Of a stretch of DNA of 64,000 nucleotides, positions 1-10,262 are shown piece after piece. The position numbers and the translations under genes are program-made. Position 1 is the first letter of the stretch; the number at the start of each line of letters is the position of its first letter. The stretch spans positions 1,012,599-1,076,598 of the forward strand of contig CAVTNM010000008.1 in assembly GCA_963736055.1 (NCBI GenBank), in the 5' to 3' direction. The notes under the pieces were generated by a model. The model saw only the letters and a list, made by a program, of their open reading frames with translations, was not told the DNA's origin and searched no databases. Source of the stretch: an uncultured Actinomycetes bacterium (GTDB lineage Bacteria > Actinomycetota > Thermoleophilia > Gaiellales > Gaiellaceae).

Positions 1-336
1 GACCGGCTCTCGGGCGGCCAGCAGCAGCGGGTCGCGATCGTGCGCGCCCTGGCGATGAAACCGGAGCTGATGCTCCTGGACGAGGTGACGAGCGCGCTCG
101 ATCCGGAGCTCGTCGCCGAGGTGCTGAACGTGATCCGCGAGCTCGCCGAGGGCGGCATGACGATGCTGATCGCGACCCACGAGATGAGCTTCGCGCGGGA
201 CATCGCCAACCGCGTGTGTTTCCTCGACGCCGGGCGGATCCTGGAGCAAGGCCCGCCCCGCGAGATCTTCTCGCACCCGAAGGAGCAGCGGACACAGCAG
301 TTCCTCGAGCGGATCATCGAGGCCGGTCGCCTCTAA
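1..336 (+). CDS. Amino-acid-type ABC transporter ATP-binding protein, C-terminal part (5' end outside window)
   Basis: Frame 1 is open from base 1. [36 protein letters not shown]...IATHEM gives the ABC signature, Walker B and H-loop. TAA at 334-336. Confidence 0.9.
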   Translation, partial: DRLSGGQQQRVAIVRALAMKPELMLLDEVTSALDPELVAEVLNVIRELAEGGMTMLIATHEMSFARDIANRVCFLDAGRILEQGPPREIFSHPKEQRTQQFLERIIEAGRL

Positions 337-345
337 GCTTCCGGT

Positions 346-588
346 GTGGCCGAGCTCGTCGTGTTGGAAGTTGTCGGTTCCGAGCCGGAGGCCGAGCTGA
401 TCTGCTCGTTCCTGCGGAGCGCGGGGATCCCGTGCATCCAGCAGCGCACGAACTACGCCGCGGGGGTCGGCGACGGGATGTCCGTCATCGGCGGGCCGCG
501 GGAGATCGTCGTGCACGAGCAGAACCTGGCCGAGGCGCAGGAGGTCCTCAAGCAGCAGCGCCCGCTCGGCACAGACGACATCGAGTAG
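346..588 (+). CDS. Small DUF2007-like (PII-like putative signal-transducing) protein
   Basis: 80-aa ORF with GTG start 10 nt after the upstream stop. VVLEVVGSEPEAELICSFLRSAGIPC...EIVVHEQNLAEAQEVL resembles DUF2007. Family call is from memory. Confidence 0.55.
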   Translation: MAELVVLEVVGSEPEAELICSFLRSAGIPCIQQRTNYAAGVGDGMSVIGGPREIVVHEQNLAEAQEVLKQQRPLGTDDIE

Positions 589-614
589 CGCAAACGACAT
601 CGAGTGGGAGGTGC

Positions 615-1268
615 ATGATGGAGGCAGGCGCTTCGCAGAACTACCCGGTGGAATTCTCGGTCGACTACCCGGAGCGCGTTCTCAACCGGGTCTCGACAGC
701 GTTCCGGATCTTCGCCGCAATCCCGATCCTGATCGTCGCCGCCACGCTCGGGGGCGAGGGGTCGAGCTACTACGGCGGCGCGGGCAACGAGAACTGGGCC
801 TGGGGCGGTGGCGGAGCGGCGGCCTTCCTTTTCCTGGGCCCGCTGCTGATGATCCTGTTCAGGCAGAAGTACCCGCGCTGGTGGTTCGACTGGAATCTCC
901 AGGTCCTGAGGTTCGAGAACCGGATCGCCGCCTACCTGGCGCTGATGGATGACCGCTACCCGTCCACCGACGAGCAGCAGTCGGTGCAGCTCGAGTTCCC
1001 GTACCCCGACGCCGAGCGCGACCTCAACCGCTGGCTGCCGCTCGTGAAGTGGTTCCTGGCGATCCCGCACTACATCGTGCTGCTCTTCCTCTGGCTGGCC
1101 GCGTTCGTCTCGGTCGTGATCGCGTGGTTCGCGATCCTGTTCACGGGGCGCTATCCACGCGGGCTGTTCGACTTCGTCGCCGGCGTGCTGCGCTGGGGGA
1201 ACCGCGTGATCGCATACGCGTTCGTCCTCGTCACGGACGAATACCCCCCGTTTCGGTTGAGCCCGTGA
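615..1268 (+). CDS. DUF4389-like integral membrane protein
   Basis: ATG 615 lies in frame inside ORF 216..1268; the upstream part is an Arg/Pro-rich shadow. Duplicated module YPVEFSVDYPERVLNRVSTAFRIFAAIPILIV / FPYPDAERDLNRWLPLVKWFLAIPHYIVLLFLW, with about 4 TM segments. Confidence 0.7.
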   Translation: MMEAGASQNYPVEFSVDYPERVLNRVSTAFRIFAAIPILIVAATLGGEGSSYYGGAGNENWAWGGGGAAAFLFLGPLLMILFRQKYPRWWFDWNLQVLRFENRIAAYLALMDDRYPSTDEQQSVQLEFPYPDAERDLNRWLPLVKWFLAIPHYIVLLFLWLAAFVSVVIAWFAILFTGRYPRGLFDFVAGVLRWGNRVIAYAFVLVTDEYPPFRLSP

Positions 1269-1269
1269 G

Positions 1270-1848
1270 CTAGTTCGCGGACGCGGCGGAGACGCCGTCG
1301 AGCAGCGCCCAGTTTGCGGCCAGGGCAGCCTCGGCGAGGCCGACCAGGCGTCCGTCCTCCTGCTCCGCGAGCTGTGCGCGGGCTTCCGCGGCGTGCTCGT
1401 GGTCGCGCTCGCCGTGGAGGACGAAGTACTCGACCGCCTCCGAGCCCTCGGCGAAGCCGTAGTGCTCGACGAGGCCGCGCAGCTTCGTCTCCGAGATCGC
1501 CGGCTGGCCCGACTCGATCGCGTACAGGATCGCGGCCGCGCCGAGCTCGTCCTCGGCGGCTGCCCAGGCCGACGCGCAGCAGCGTGTCTCCGGCAGAGGC
1601 TCGGCGGCCTCGGTGCCCAGGGCCGACGCGAAGTCGTCCCAGAGCCCGATATGAGCTGCCTCTTCGTCCGCGTGCAGGTCAGCCGTCCGCGCGGCCCGCG
1701 CGAGCGCGACGACCGCGTGGCGGTACTCGCCGGCGTAGTGGGCCAGCTCGTCGCGGGTCAGCTCACCCCGCTCCCAGCGGACGTAGAAAGGATGCTCGAG
1801 GACGTCCCAGCGCTCTCGAGCCGCGTCGATCCCGGCGATCACGTTCAT
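1270..1848 (-). CDS. Haem-oxygenase-like fold (TenA/PqqC-like) iron-containing redox enzyme family protein
   Basis: ATG 1848 preceded by GGGAGGAG. HPFYVRWERGELTRDELAHYAGEYRHAV...EAAHIGLWDDF...YAIESGQPAISETK is typical of this family. Confidence 0.7.
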   Translation of the reverse strand: MNVIAGIDAARERWDVLEHPFYVRWERGELTRDELAHYAGEYRHAVVALARAARTADLHADEEAAHIGLWDDFASALGTEAAEPLPETRCCASAWAAAEDELGAAAILYAIESGQPAISETKLRGLVEHYGFAEGSEAVEYFVLHGERDHEHAAEARAQLAEQEDGRLVGLAEAALAANWALLDGVSAASAN

Positions 1849-1877
1849 GTGTCTCCTCCCGTCGAGCGACCTCGTCC

Positions 1878-2825
1878 TCACGATCCTACAACCACCCACC
1901 GACGCTCTCGATGGCTGGCGGCGATTGCGTCCCCGATCAGCATCGCCGCGTGCCCGTCGGCGAAGGTCGGGTACTCGCCTCCGCCGTAGACCGCCTCGAA
2001 GCAGTGCCTGAAGGTGTCGGCGAAGCCCTCGACGTGGCCGGGCGGGAGGAACCCGCGCTCGCGCGGCCGCACCTCGGCCGGGCGCTCACGGTGCCCGAGC
2101 CAGAGCTCGTCCGGGCGCTCCGAGCTCCACGCGGCCGAGCCCGTCGAGCCGTCGACCTGAAACGAGAGCGAGTTCTTGCGGCCCTGGCTCACCTGTGACA
2201 CGACCATCGACCCGCGTGCGCCGCCCTCGAAGCGAAGGAGCACGTTCGCGGCGTCCTCCGTGTCCCGCCCGGGCACGAAGGTCGCGAGGTCGGCGCAGAC
2301 GGACTCGATCCGCAGGCCCGTGACGAACTGAACGAGGTCGAGCCAGTGCGAGCCGATGTCGCCGATCACGCGAAGCGCGCCGCCGAGCTCGGGGTCCACG
2401 CGCCAGTTCGTGTCATCCGGGAAGGCGAGCCAGTCCTGGAGGTAGGAGCCGTGCACGTGCCGGATCTCCCCGAGATCCGTCGCGCGGGCTTCGTGACACT
2501 GCGGGTAGAAGCGGAGGTTGAAGCAGGTCGCAGCGACGAGGCCCGTCTCGTCTGCGAGCCGAGAGAGCTCCGCCGACTCGGCCGAGGTGCGCGCGAGCGG
2601 CTTCTCGCAGACGACGTTCTTCCCAGCCTCGAGCGCCGCCCGGGCCTGCGCGAGGTGCAGGTGGTTCGGCGTTGCCAGGTGGACGAAGTCCACGGCCGGG
2701 TCGGCCAGCGCGGCGTCGAGGTCGCCCGAGGAGCCGAAGGCCGCGGCCACCTCGATGTCCAGGCGCCGCAGCGCCTCGACGTGCAGGGTGCCCGCGAACC
2801 CGGTTCCCACGACGACCGTCGCCAC
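1878..2825 (-). CDS. Gfo/Idh/MocA family NAD(P)-dependent oxidoreductase
   Basis: GTG start at 2825. N-terminal Rossmann motif VVVGTGFAG, then ATPNHLHLAQARAALEAGKNVVCEKPLA and a C-terminal alpha/beta domain. Confidence 0.85.
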   Translation of the reverse strand: MATVVVGTGFAGTLHVEALRRLDIEVAAAFGSSGDLDAALADPAVDFVHLATPNHLHLAQARAALEAGKNVVCEKPLARTSAESAELSRLADETGLVAATCFNLRFYPQCHEARATDLGEIRHVHGSYLQDWLAFPDDTNWRVDPELGGALRVIGDIGSHWLDLVQFVTGLRIESVCADLATFVPGRDTEDAANVLLRFEGGARGSMVVSQVSQGRKNSLSFQVDGSTGSAAWSSERPDELWLGHRERPAEVRPRERGFLPPGHVEGFADTFRHCFEAVYGGGEYPTFADGHAAMLIGDAIAASHRERRWVVVGS

Positions 2826-2844
2826 GCGGTGACGATAAGCCAGA

Positions 2845-2872
2845 CGAGGGGCGGCCGCCGAGCCGCCCCTCG
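2845..2872. terminator. GC-rich hairpin (11-bp perfect stem, 6-nt loop) between the permease stop and the oxidoreductase start
   Basis: cgaggggcggc-cgccga-gccgcccctcg, 23 nt downstream of the minus-strand stop at 2895. The U-tract is weak. Confidence 0.45.
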
Positions 2873-2894
2873 CTTGCCGTCCACGAGCCTGTCG

Positions 2895-5451
2895 CTACTC
2901 GTACTGCAGCGCCGAGAGCACGTCGAGCCGGGAGGCGCGCCGCGCGGGCGCGACCGCCGCGAGAATCCCGGCCACGATCGCCGTCAGCGTGAAGGCTGCG
3001 ATCGAGACGAGCGGGAACGAGAACGCGACGCCGTACTTCCCGACGGCATGCGTGACCGAGGCCGCGAGCAGGATCCCGAGCGGCAGCCCGAGCGCGGCGC
3101 CGATCAACGCCGTGATCACGCTCTCGTGCCGCACCATCCGGCGAGCCTGCCGCCTGGTCAGGCCGACCGCCCGCAGCATCCCGAGCTCGCGTGTCCGCTC
3201 GAACACCGAGAGGACGAGCGTGTTGACCATCCCGAAGAGGCTCACGACCACCGAGAGCGCGAGCAGCACGTAGAGCAGGTTCGTCATGGTGGAGATCCAC
3301 GACGACTGGCTCTTCACGAACTGCGCCTCGGTCTCGATCTTCGTGTCCGGGAACGAGGCCAGTGAGCGCTCGAGCGACGACCGGGAGACGTTGCCGTCGA
3401 TCAGCGTGAGCTGGTTCCCCGGCCGGGCGAAGTCGCGGTCGAAGGCCTGCTTCGAGATCACGATCCCGCCCAGCAGCTCGTACAGGCGCGGCGGCTGGAA
3501 GAGGCCCACCACCTTCATGTGCATGGGCCTGCCGGCGGGCGTCCGGAGCGTGAAGGCGTCGCCGAGGTGCAGGTCGTGCTTGCTCGCGAACGACTGCTTC
3601 ACGAGGGCGCCGTTCTCGCCAAGGGCGACGAGGCTGGCGTTCGACGAGCCCTGCTTCCAGGTGAAGTTGTAGAGCCCGGAGACCGTCTTCGGATCGACGC
3701 CGTTCACCGTCGCGTTCGTGTTTCTCACCCGGCCGCGATCGGAGCGGATGCTCGTCGAGCGGGCGATCCCGGGCGCCTTCTCGGCAGCCGTGCCGGCTGC
3801 GGCCGTGAAGGCCGACCAGCCGTTCTTCGAGCTGATTACCCAGTCAGCGCTGACCTGCTCGTGTAGCGCCCGGTCGACCGAGCCGTGCAGGCCCTTGCCG
3901 AGGACGGCCACGAACGAGACCAGCGCGAGGCCGATCATCAGCGCCGCCGCGGTCGAGGCAGTGCGGGCCGGGTTGCGGACCGCGTTGCTGGAGGCCAGCT
4001 GTCCGGCCGGGCCGCCGAGCGACCGCGCCGGGAAGCCGACCAGCTTCGCGAGCCCGGAGACGAGAGCCGGTGCGAACCCGGCCACTCCGAGCAGGCCGAT
4101 CAGCGTGCCGGCCGCCAGCGCGAGCAGGCTCTTGCCGGCGCCGACGTTCCCGCCCAGGGTCGCGTAGCCGATCAGGGCCGTCGCGATCCCGAACAGTACG
4201 AGCCCGGCGATCGGGCCCACGCGCTTGCGGCCGCTCGGGCACCGCTCCCTCGCGAACGGCCGCGATCGGGGGCACGCGCGTCGCGCGGATCGCCGGCCAC
4301 AGTCCTGCGAAGAGCGTGACGAGCACGCCGAGCAGGATCGAGACGACGAACGTCCTGGTCGCGTAGACGGGCGAGCTCTGCGGCAGCGACAGGCCAAGTG
4401 CGTCGAAGAGCGCCGTGAGCCCGCGGGCGAGCCCGATCCCGGCCGCGATCCCGATTGCCGATGCGAGCACGCCGATCGCAAGCGACTCGACGACGACCGA
4501 GCGGAGCACCTGCCGTCGGCTGGCGCCGAGCGTCCGTAGGGTGGCCAGCTCGCGCGTGCGCTGGGCGATCGTGATCGAGAGCGTGTTGAAGATCACGAAC
4601 GCGCCGACGAAGAGGGCGATTCCGCCGAAGCCGAGCAGGAACCCGCGGATGAACGAGAGGAACGCGTTCACGTTCTTCTGATCCGCCTTGGCCTGCTCGT
4701 CCGCGGTCTTGACCTGGACGCCGCCGGGGATGGCCGAGCGCAGCTCGCGCATGAGGCGGTCGGTCGAGACCCCGGGCCTTGCCGCTACCGAGATGGCCGT
4801 GAAGCCGTTCAGCTCCAGCATGGCCTGGGCCGTCGGGATCGTGAACACCGCGATCGTGGCGCCGCCGAGGCTGTCGACGTCGCCGTACTTCGCGATGCCG
4901 CTGATCCGGAAGCGCTGCTTCGGGCCCTTCGCCGCGGCGTCGATGTAGTCGCCGACCGTGAAGTGGTGCTTCTTGGCCGTGTTCGAGTCGATCACGACGT
5001 CGTGGCGGCCGTGCGCCCAGCTCCCGGCCACGAGGTGCAGCGGGTTGAAGCGCGGCTGCGAGGGATCGATCCCGAAGCCGAAGGTCGGGTTGCCGCCCGA
5101 GTCGATCGCGTTCCCGTCGCGGTCGATCAGCTTCGTGTTGGTGGTGTCGTTGTTGAGGTCGATGATCGAGCCGGCGGCGGCTCCGACCTCGGGAAGCGAG
5201 CGGACCTTCACGAGCAACTTGTTCGAGACCGTGCCGTTGCCGCTGTTCGAGTAGTCGACGAGCGACTTCTTGCTGACTACGGCGTCCGTGTGCGCGTACG
5301 AGCTGGTGAAGATCGTGTCGAACGCCTTGGTGATCGTGTCGGTGACGACGAAGCTGCCGCTCACCATCGCCACGCCGAGCACGATCGCGAGCGCCGTCAG
5401 GACGGCGCGGACAGGGCGGGCCGCGAGGCCCTTGAGCGAGACCCGGATCAT
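2895..5451 (-). pseudogene. MacB/YbbP-type ABC permease with two FtsX domains, interrupted by a 1-nt frameshift
   Basis: ATG 5451 overlaps the ATPase stop (ATGA). The N-half is in the frame of ORF 3844..6120 ([13 protein letters not shown]...[16 protein letters not shown]...). The C-half is ORF 2895..4481 (...TRELGMLRAVGLTRRQ...LSALQYE). The span is 2557 nt, which is 3n+1. The frames meet at about 4227-4240 (AVREGAVPE / SGRKRVGPIAGL). Confidence 0.85.
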
Positions 5452-6227
5452 CGCCCCGTCACCTCCTGCATCGCGGCGAGGACCTCGACCGCCGTCGACT
5501 CGGAGATGTCCTTGACGATCAGACCGTCGGCGATGAAGAGGATGCGGTCGGCCATCGCTGCTGCGCGCGGGTCGTGCGTCACCATCACCGTCGTCTGGCC
5601 GAGCTCGTCGACCGAGCGGCGCAGGAGATCGAGCACCTCGCCGCTCGACGCCGAGTCGAGGTTGCCGGTCGGCTCGTCGGCGAAGATCACCTTCGGCCTC
5701 GTGACCAGCGCCCGGGCGAGTGCGACCCGCTGCTGCTGACCGCCGGAGAGCTGCGCCGGCCGGTGCGAGCGGCGCGCGGCGAGGCCGAAGCTGTCGAGCA
5801 GGCTGTCGAGCCACTCCCGCTCCGGCTTGCGGCCGGCGATCGTGAGCGGCAGGACGACGTTCTCCTCCGCGTTCAGCATCGGAAGGAGGTTGAAGAACTG
5901 GAAGACGAAGCCGATCTTCTCCCGCCGGAGCCTGGTCAGCTTCTTGTCGGAGAGATTCGTGATCTCGACCCCGTCGAGCAGCACGCTGCCGCTCGTCGGC
6001 CGGTCGAGCCCGGCGAGGATGTGCATCAGCGTCGACTTGCCGGAGCCCGAGGGCCCCATGATCGCGGTCAGCTTGCCGTCGGCAACGTCGAGCGAGACGC
6101 CGCGGAGGGCTTCGACACACGTTCCGCCTTCGCCGTAGCGACGGACGAGGTTCGTGGCTGAAACTACTACCGGCCGCTCGGCGTAGGCGTCCGGAATGAC
6201 TTCGGCGGGAATGGCGACAGTGGACAT
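5448..6227 (-). CDS. ABC transporter ATP-binding protein (MacB/LolD-like)
   Basis: Walker [11 protein letters not shown]-loop, signature [15 protein letters not shown], Walker [14 protein letters not shown]-loop VTHD. Confidence 0.92.
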   Translation of the reverse strand: MSTVAIPAEVIPDAYAERPVVVSATNLVRRYGEGGTCVEALRGVSLDVADGKLTAIMGPSGSGKSTLMHILAGLDRPTSGSVLLDGVEITNLSDKKLTRLRREKIGFVFQFFNLLPMLNAEENVVLPLTIAGRKPEREWLDSLLDSFGLAARRSHRPAQLSGGQQQRVALARALVTRPKVIFADEPTGNLDSASSGEVLDLLRRSVDELGQTTVMVTHDPRAAAMADRILFIADGLIVKDISESTAVEVLAAMQEVTGR

Positions 6228-6381
6228 GGCATCTCCTCCTGCTTTGTGCCGTGTGGACTGCCCGCAGTGTCCGCGCGCGTGGGTGCCATTCGCATTGGGG
6301 GCACCCCTAAACCCGCCCCTAAGGTTTCGTTAGCTTGGCTCTACAATTGGCATTTCCGGGTCGTCGATCGGGGATCAAGAC

Positions 6382-9300
6382 GTGAGCGTTCCAGCAATTC
6401 GCGAGGCTTCGACAGGCCTGCCCACGGGCACGGTGACCTTCCTGTTCACCGATATCGAAGGCTCTACCCGGCTGCTCAAGAGCCTGGGCCGCGACCGCTA
6501 CGGCGAGCTGCTGTCCACTCACAACAAGCTGCTTCGCACGGCGTTCACCGAGGGTGGCGGGATCGAGATCGACACCAAAGGGGATTCGTTCTTCGTCGTC
6601 TTCGGCAGCGCCGGCGCGGGGGTCGCCGCCGCCGGGGCCGCTCAGGCCGCGCTGGCAGAGCACGACTGGCCCGAGGGCGCGGAGGTGAGTGTTCGCATGG
6701 GCCTCCACACCGGCGAGGCGAACGTCGGCAGCGACGGGTACGTGGGCTACGCGGTGCACCAGGCCGCACGCATCGGGGACGCGGGGCACGGCGGCCAGGT
6801 GCTCATCTCGAGCACGACCGCCGGCCTCGTCCGCCACGATCTGCCCAGCCAGCTCGAGCTGCGCGACCTGGGCGAGGTCGCACTTCCCGACATCGACCGC
6901 CCGGAGCGGCTCTACCAGCTCGTGGTCCCCGGCCTCCCGGAAGAGTTCCCGCCGCTCTCGGCGCGCGAGAAGGTCCGGCCACGTGCCCCTCGCAGGCGAC
7001 CGGACGTCCAGGTCTCGCGGGTGCCGCTGCTCGAGCGAGAGGCCGAGCTCGCCGCAATGCACGCGGTCGTGGACGCGGCGCACACCGGAGACGGCCGGGT
7101 GATCGCGATCGAAGGGCGTGCCGGGATGGGGAAGACCCGGCTCGTGGCCGAAGCGCGGGCCCTCGCGGACGACGTCGGGTTCGAGGTGCTGGTCGCGCGG
7201 AGCGCCGACCTGGAGCAGGAGTTCGCCTACGGCGTCGTGCGGCAGCTCTTCGAGCCGTACCTGGCCTCGCTCTCGCAAGACGAGCGCGACGAGGTGATGG
7301 CCGGCACCGCGGGCCTCGCCGACCGGCTCTTCGGCGACGAGGAGCTGACGGGGTCGGCCTCGGGCGACGTCTCGTTCGCCGTGCTGCACGGTCTCTACTG
7401 GCTCGCCGCGAACCTGGCCGCACGTCAGCCGACCGCGATCGTGATCGACGACCTGCACTGGACCGACGCTCCCACGCTGCGGTGGCTCACGTACCTGGGC
7501 CGGCGGCTCGAGGGCCTTCCGCTGCTCGTCGTCCTCGGGCTGCGACCGCCCGAACAGGCCGTCGAGGCAGACCTCTTGACCGAGCTGATCTCGGACCCGT
7601 CGGCGCTCGTGATCAGGCCGACCGCCCTCGGGGTGACGTCGGTCGCCTCACTGGCCCTCGAGGAGTTCGGGGTCGAGCCGGAGGAGCCGTTCGTCGTCGC
7701 CTGCCACTCGGCCACCGGCGGCAACCCGCTCTTCCTGCGCGCGATCCTCGACGCACTCCACGGTGAGGGCTTCTCGCCGACGGCCGAGAACGCGCACCGG
7801 GTGCGCCAGATCGGGCCCGAGTCGGTCACGCGCGCCGTGACGCTGCGGCTTTCGCGGCTTCCTACGGAGGCGAGGCGGCTGGCCGCGGCGGTCGCCGTCC
7901 TCGGCGGCGACGCCGAGATCGGTGACGCCGCCGCGCTCGCGGAGCTCGACGACCGGCACCTCGCCTCGCTTGCTGCGACCGCTCTAGCCCGCACCGACCT
8001 GATGCGCGTGTCGAGCCTGAACATCGAGTTCGTCCACCCTGTCGTTCGCGCCGCCGTGTACGAGTCGATCGACCCGGGGCAGCGACTGACGGCGCATCGG
8101 CGCGCCGCTCAGCTCCTCGACGAAGGCGGCGCCGAGCCGGAGCACGTTGCCGCTCACCTCGACCTGGTGCACCCGGCGGTCGACCCCTTCGTGGTCGAGA
8201 CGCTTCGCGTCGCGGCCGACCGGGCGCTCGTTCGCGGCGCCCCGGAGGCGGCGGTCCGTTATCTGCGGCGCGCGCTGGCCGAGCCGCCGCTCGAGGAAGT
8301 GCGCGTGGACACGCTGCTGGAGCTCGGCCTCGCCGAGCAGCGCGTCGATATCGCCAGCGCGTCCGAGCATCTGGCCGAGGCGCTCGAGGCGATCGAAGAG
8401 CCGTTGCGGCGCGCGCGAGTCGCTCTCGAGCTCGGCCGCTCGCTCTTCCGCCTCAACCGCGGCCCCGAGGCCGTGTGGGTGTTCGAGGACGCGATCACGC
8501 GGCTGAGCGACTCGGAGCCGGAGCTCCGGGAGATGCTCGAGGCCGAGCTGATCAACTCCGCGGGCTTCGACACCGCCGTGATCGACGTCTCGCGCGAGCG
8601 GATCCTCCGCATCGACGAGGAGGCCCTCGTCGGGGAGGTCGGGAGCGCCGTGATGAGGGCGACCCTGCGCTACTTCGACGCTCGGTCCGGCACCAACCGC
8701 GATGCCGTCTGGGGGCTCGCGGAGCCGAGGGTGATCGCCGCCCTGGTCGACAGCATGCCGTCCGTGGCCATCTCCTGTGCCGCGGCCGCCCTCATGTACG
8801 CGGAGGATCCGGTGGCCGTCGATCGCTTCTTCGACGCGGTCATGAAGGCGGCGAAGGAACGCGGCGAGCTCGTCACGCTCTCGAACATGCTCTGCTTCCG
8901 CGGGCTCACGCTCGCCCAGCGCGGCGACCTCGATTCGGCGATGTGCGACCTGCGCGAGTCCGACGAGCTGGTCCCGTATCTGCCGACCCAGCAAGGCGCG
9001 ATCTACTTCCACTCCTACCTGGCCGACGTCCTCACGAACCGCGGCGAGCTCGACGAGGCCGAGCGCACCCTGGCCAAGCTCGGCCTGCCGGAGGAGGTGG
9101 CCGAGAGCGGGCACCTGATCTTCTTCCTCGGCGCGCGCGGCTGGCTGCGGCTCGCAAGCGGCAACGCTGCCGGCGCACGCGACGACTTCGAGCGCCTGGG
9201 CCGGTGCATGGAGGCCTTCGGGCTGCGCAACCCGGCTTTGGTGGCCTGGCGCACGCATCTCGCGCTGGCGCTCATCGCTCTCGACCGCCGCGACGAGGCA

Positions 9301-9834
9301 CTCGAGCTGGCGCGGGAGGAAGTCGAGCTGGCCCGCGATTGGGGCGCGCCCAGGCCGATCGGCGTCGCGCTCCGGGCCCTCGGCCTCGCGCAGGGCGGCG
9401 AGGAGGGCATCGCGACCCTGCGCGAGTCGCTCGAGGTGCTCGGCCGCTCGTCCGCGAAGCTCGAGCGTGCACGCACGCTGGTCGAGCTCGGGGCGGCGCT
9501 TCGCCGTGCGAACAAGCGAGCCGAGGCGCGCGAGCTGTTGAAGGAGGGCCTCGACCAGGCCGTCCGCTCCGGCTCGCAGCCTCTCGTCGACCAGGCCGAG
9601 GCGGAGCTGGCCGCCACCGGCGCGCGACCTCGCCGGCTCCTGCTCTCCGGGGTCGAGTCTCTGACAGCGAGCGAGCGCCGGGTCGCCGACTTCGCCGCGA
9701 AGGGCCTTTCGAACAAGGACATCGCGCAGACGCTCTTCGTCACGACGAAGACCGTCGAGGTGCACCTCAGCAACGTCTACCGCAAGCTCGGGATCGGCTC
9801 GAGGAACGAGCTCCCGCAGGCTCTGGGAACCTAG
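6382..9834 (+). CDS. Class III adenylate/guanylate cyclase domain, AAA/STAND NTPase, TPR-like region and LuxR-type HTH regulator (LAL-like)
   Basis: N-terminus VTFLFTDIEGSTRL...GDSFFVVF...GLHTGEA. P-loop GRAGMGKTRL with IDDLHWTD. Long helical repeat region. C-terminus LTASERRVADFAAKGLSNKDIAQTLFVTTKTVEVHLSNVYRKLGI. Confidence 0.9.
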   Translation: MSVPAIREASTGLPTGTVTFLFTDIEGSTRLLKSLGRDRYGELLSTHNKLLRTAFTEGGGIEIDTKGDSFFVVFGSAGAGVAAAGAAQAALAEHDWPEGAEVSVRMGLHTGEANVGSDGYVGYAVHQAARIGDAGHGGQVLISSTTAGLVRHDLPSQLELRDLGEVALPDIDRPERLYQLVVPGLPEEFPPLSAREKVRPRAPRRRPDVQVSRVPLLEREAELAAMHAVVDAAHTGDGRVIAIEGRAGMGKTRLVAEARALADDVGFEVLVARSADLEQEFAYGVVRQLFEPYLASLSQDERDEVMAGTAGLADRLFGDEELTGSASGDVSFAVLHGLYWLAANLAARQPTAIVIDDLHWTDAPTLRWLTYLGRRLEGLPLLVVLGLRPPEQAVEADLLTELISDPSALVIRPTALGVTSVASLALEEFGVEPEEPFVVACHSATGGNPLFLRAILDALHGEGFSPTAENAHRVRQIGPESVTRAVTLRLSRLPTEARRLAAAVAVLGGDAEIGDAAALAELDDRHLASLAATALARTDLMRVSSLNIEFVHPVVRAAVYESIDPGQRLTAHRRAAQLLDEGGAEPEHVAAHLDLVHPAVDPFVVETLRVAADRALVRGAPEAAVRYLRRALAEPPLEEVRVDTLLELGLAEQRVDIASASEHLAEALEAIEEPLRRARVALELGRSLFRLNRGPEAVWVFEDAITRLSDSEPELREMLEAELINSAGFDTAVIDVSRERILRIDEEALVGEVGSAVMRATLRYFDARSGTNRDAVWGLAEPRVIAALVDSMPSVAISCAAAALMYAEDPVAVDRFFDAVMKAAKERGELVTLSNMLCFRGLTLAQRGDLDSAMCDLRESDELVPYLPTQQGAIYFHSYLADVLTNRGELDEAERTLAKLGLPEEVAESGHLIFFLGARGWLRLASGNAAGARDDFERLGRCMEAFGLRNPALVAWRTHLALALIALDRRDEALELAREEVELARDWGAPRPIGVALRALGLAQGGEEGIATLRESLEVLGRSSAKLERARTLVELGAALRRANKRAEARELLKEGLDQAVRSGSQPLVDQAEAELAATGARPRRLLLSGVESLTASERRVADFAAKGLSNKDIAQTLFVTTKTVEVHLSNVYRKLGIGSRNELPQALGT

Positions 9835-10262
9835 TGCGCCTGCGCCGCAAGAACGACGACGGGCTCTCGGTGCGGCGCGTCCTGGTGGCGACCGACCGGT
9901 CCGAGACCGCCGAGCGCGCGGTGCGGTTCGCAACCGACATGGCAGCGCGCTACGAGGCTGAGCTGTTCGTGCTGCGCGTCCTGCTCTCCGACGACGGGAC
10001 GCGCGCCGAGGCTGCGCGTGAGCTCTCCGAGTACGCGGCCGAGCTGGCCGGCGAGCGGGGACGATCCTCGGTGGTCATCGGCGAGGACCCGGCCGAGGCG
10101 ATCGTCGAGGCGGCCCGCCGGGAGCAGGCGGACGTGCTCGTGGTCGGCAGCGTCGGCATGAGCGGCCGCCGGGAGTTCCTGCTTCGCAACGTCCCGAACC
10201 GGGTCTCCCACAACGCTCCTTGCACTGTCGTGATCGTGCAGACGCAGCGAGAGTCGACGTGA
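9834..10262 (+). CDS. Universal stress protein (UspA family)
   Basis: GTG 9834 overlaps the TAG of the regulator; an alternative GTG is at 9870. VLVATDRSETAERAVRFA...DVLVVGSVGMSGRREFLLRNVPNRVSHNAPCTVVIV. Confidence 0.85.
   Translation: MRLRRKNDDGLSVRRVLVATDRSETAERAVRFATDMAARYEAELFVLRVLLSDDGTRAEAARELSEYAAELAGERGRSSVVIGEDPAEAIVEAARREQADVLVVGSVGMSGRREFLLRNVPNRVSHNAPCTVVIVQTQREST

Noticed and set aside
216-614. Long N-terminal extensions and large antisense or out-of-frame ORFs, for example 216..1268 upstream part, 453..1070, 6246..7766, 7984..9933, 9950..11746, 22937..24088, 28380..29975, 29240..31234 and 57230..59197
   Set aside because: Their translations are dominated by Arg/Pro/Ala/Gly runs with no motifs. 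They overlap genes with clear family signatures on the other strand or frame. This is typical stop-codon-poor shadow ORF behaviour in very GC-rich DNA.
6282-6347. Operator or promoter upstream of the cyclase-LuxR gene (inverted repeat GGGTGCC-N12-GGCACCC at 6282-6307, CCCCTAA direct repeat, TACAAT at 6342-6347)
   Set aside because: The elements are short, there is no convincing -35, and nothing recurs elsewhere in the window to support function. Noted but not called as a feature.
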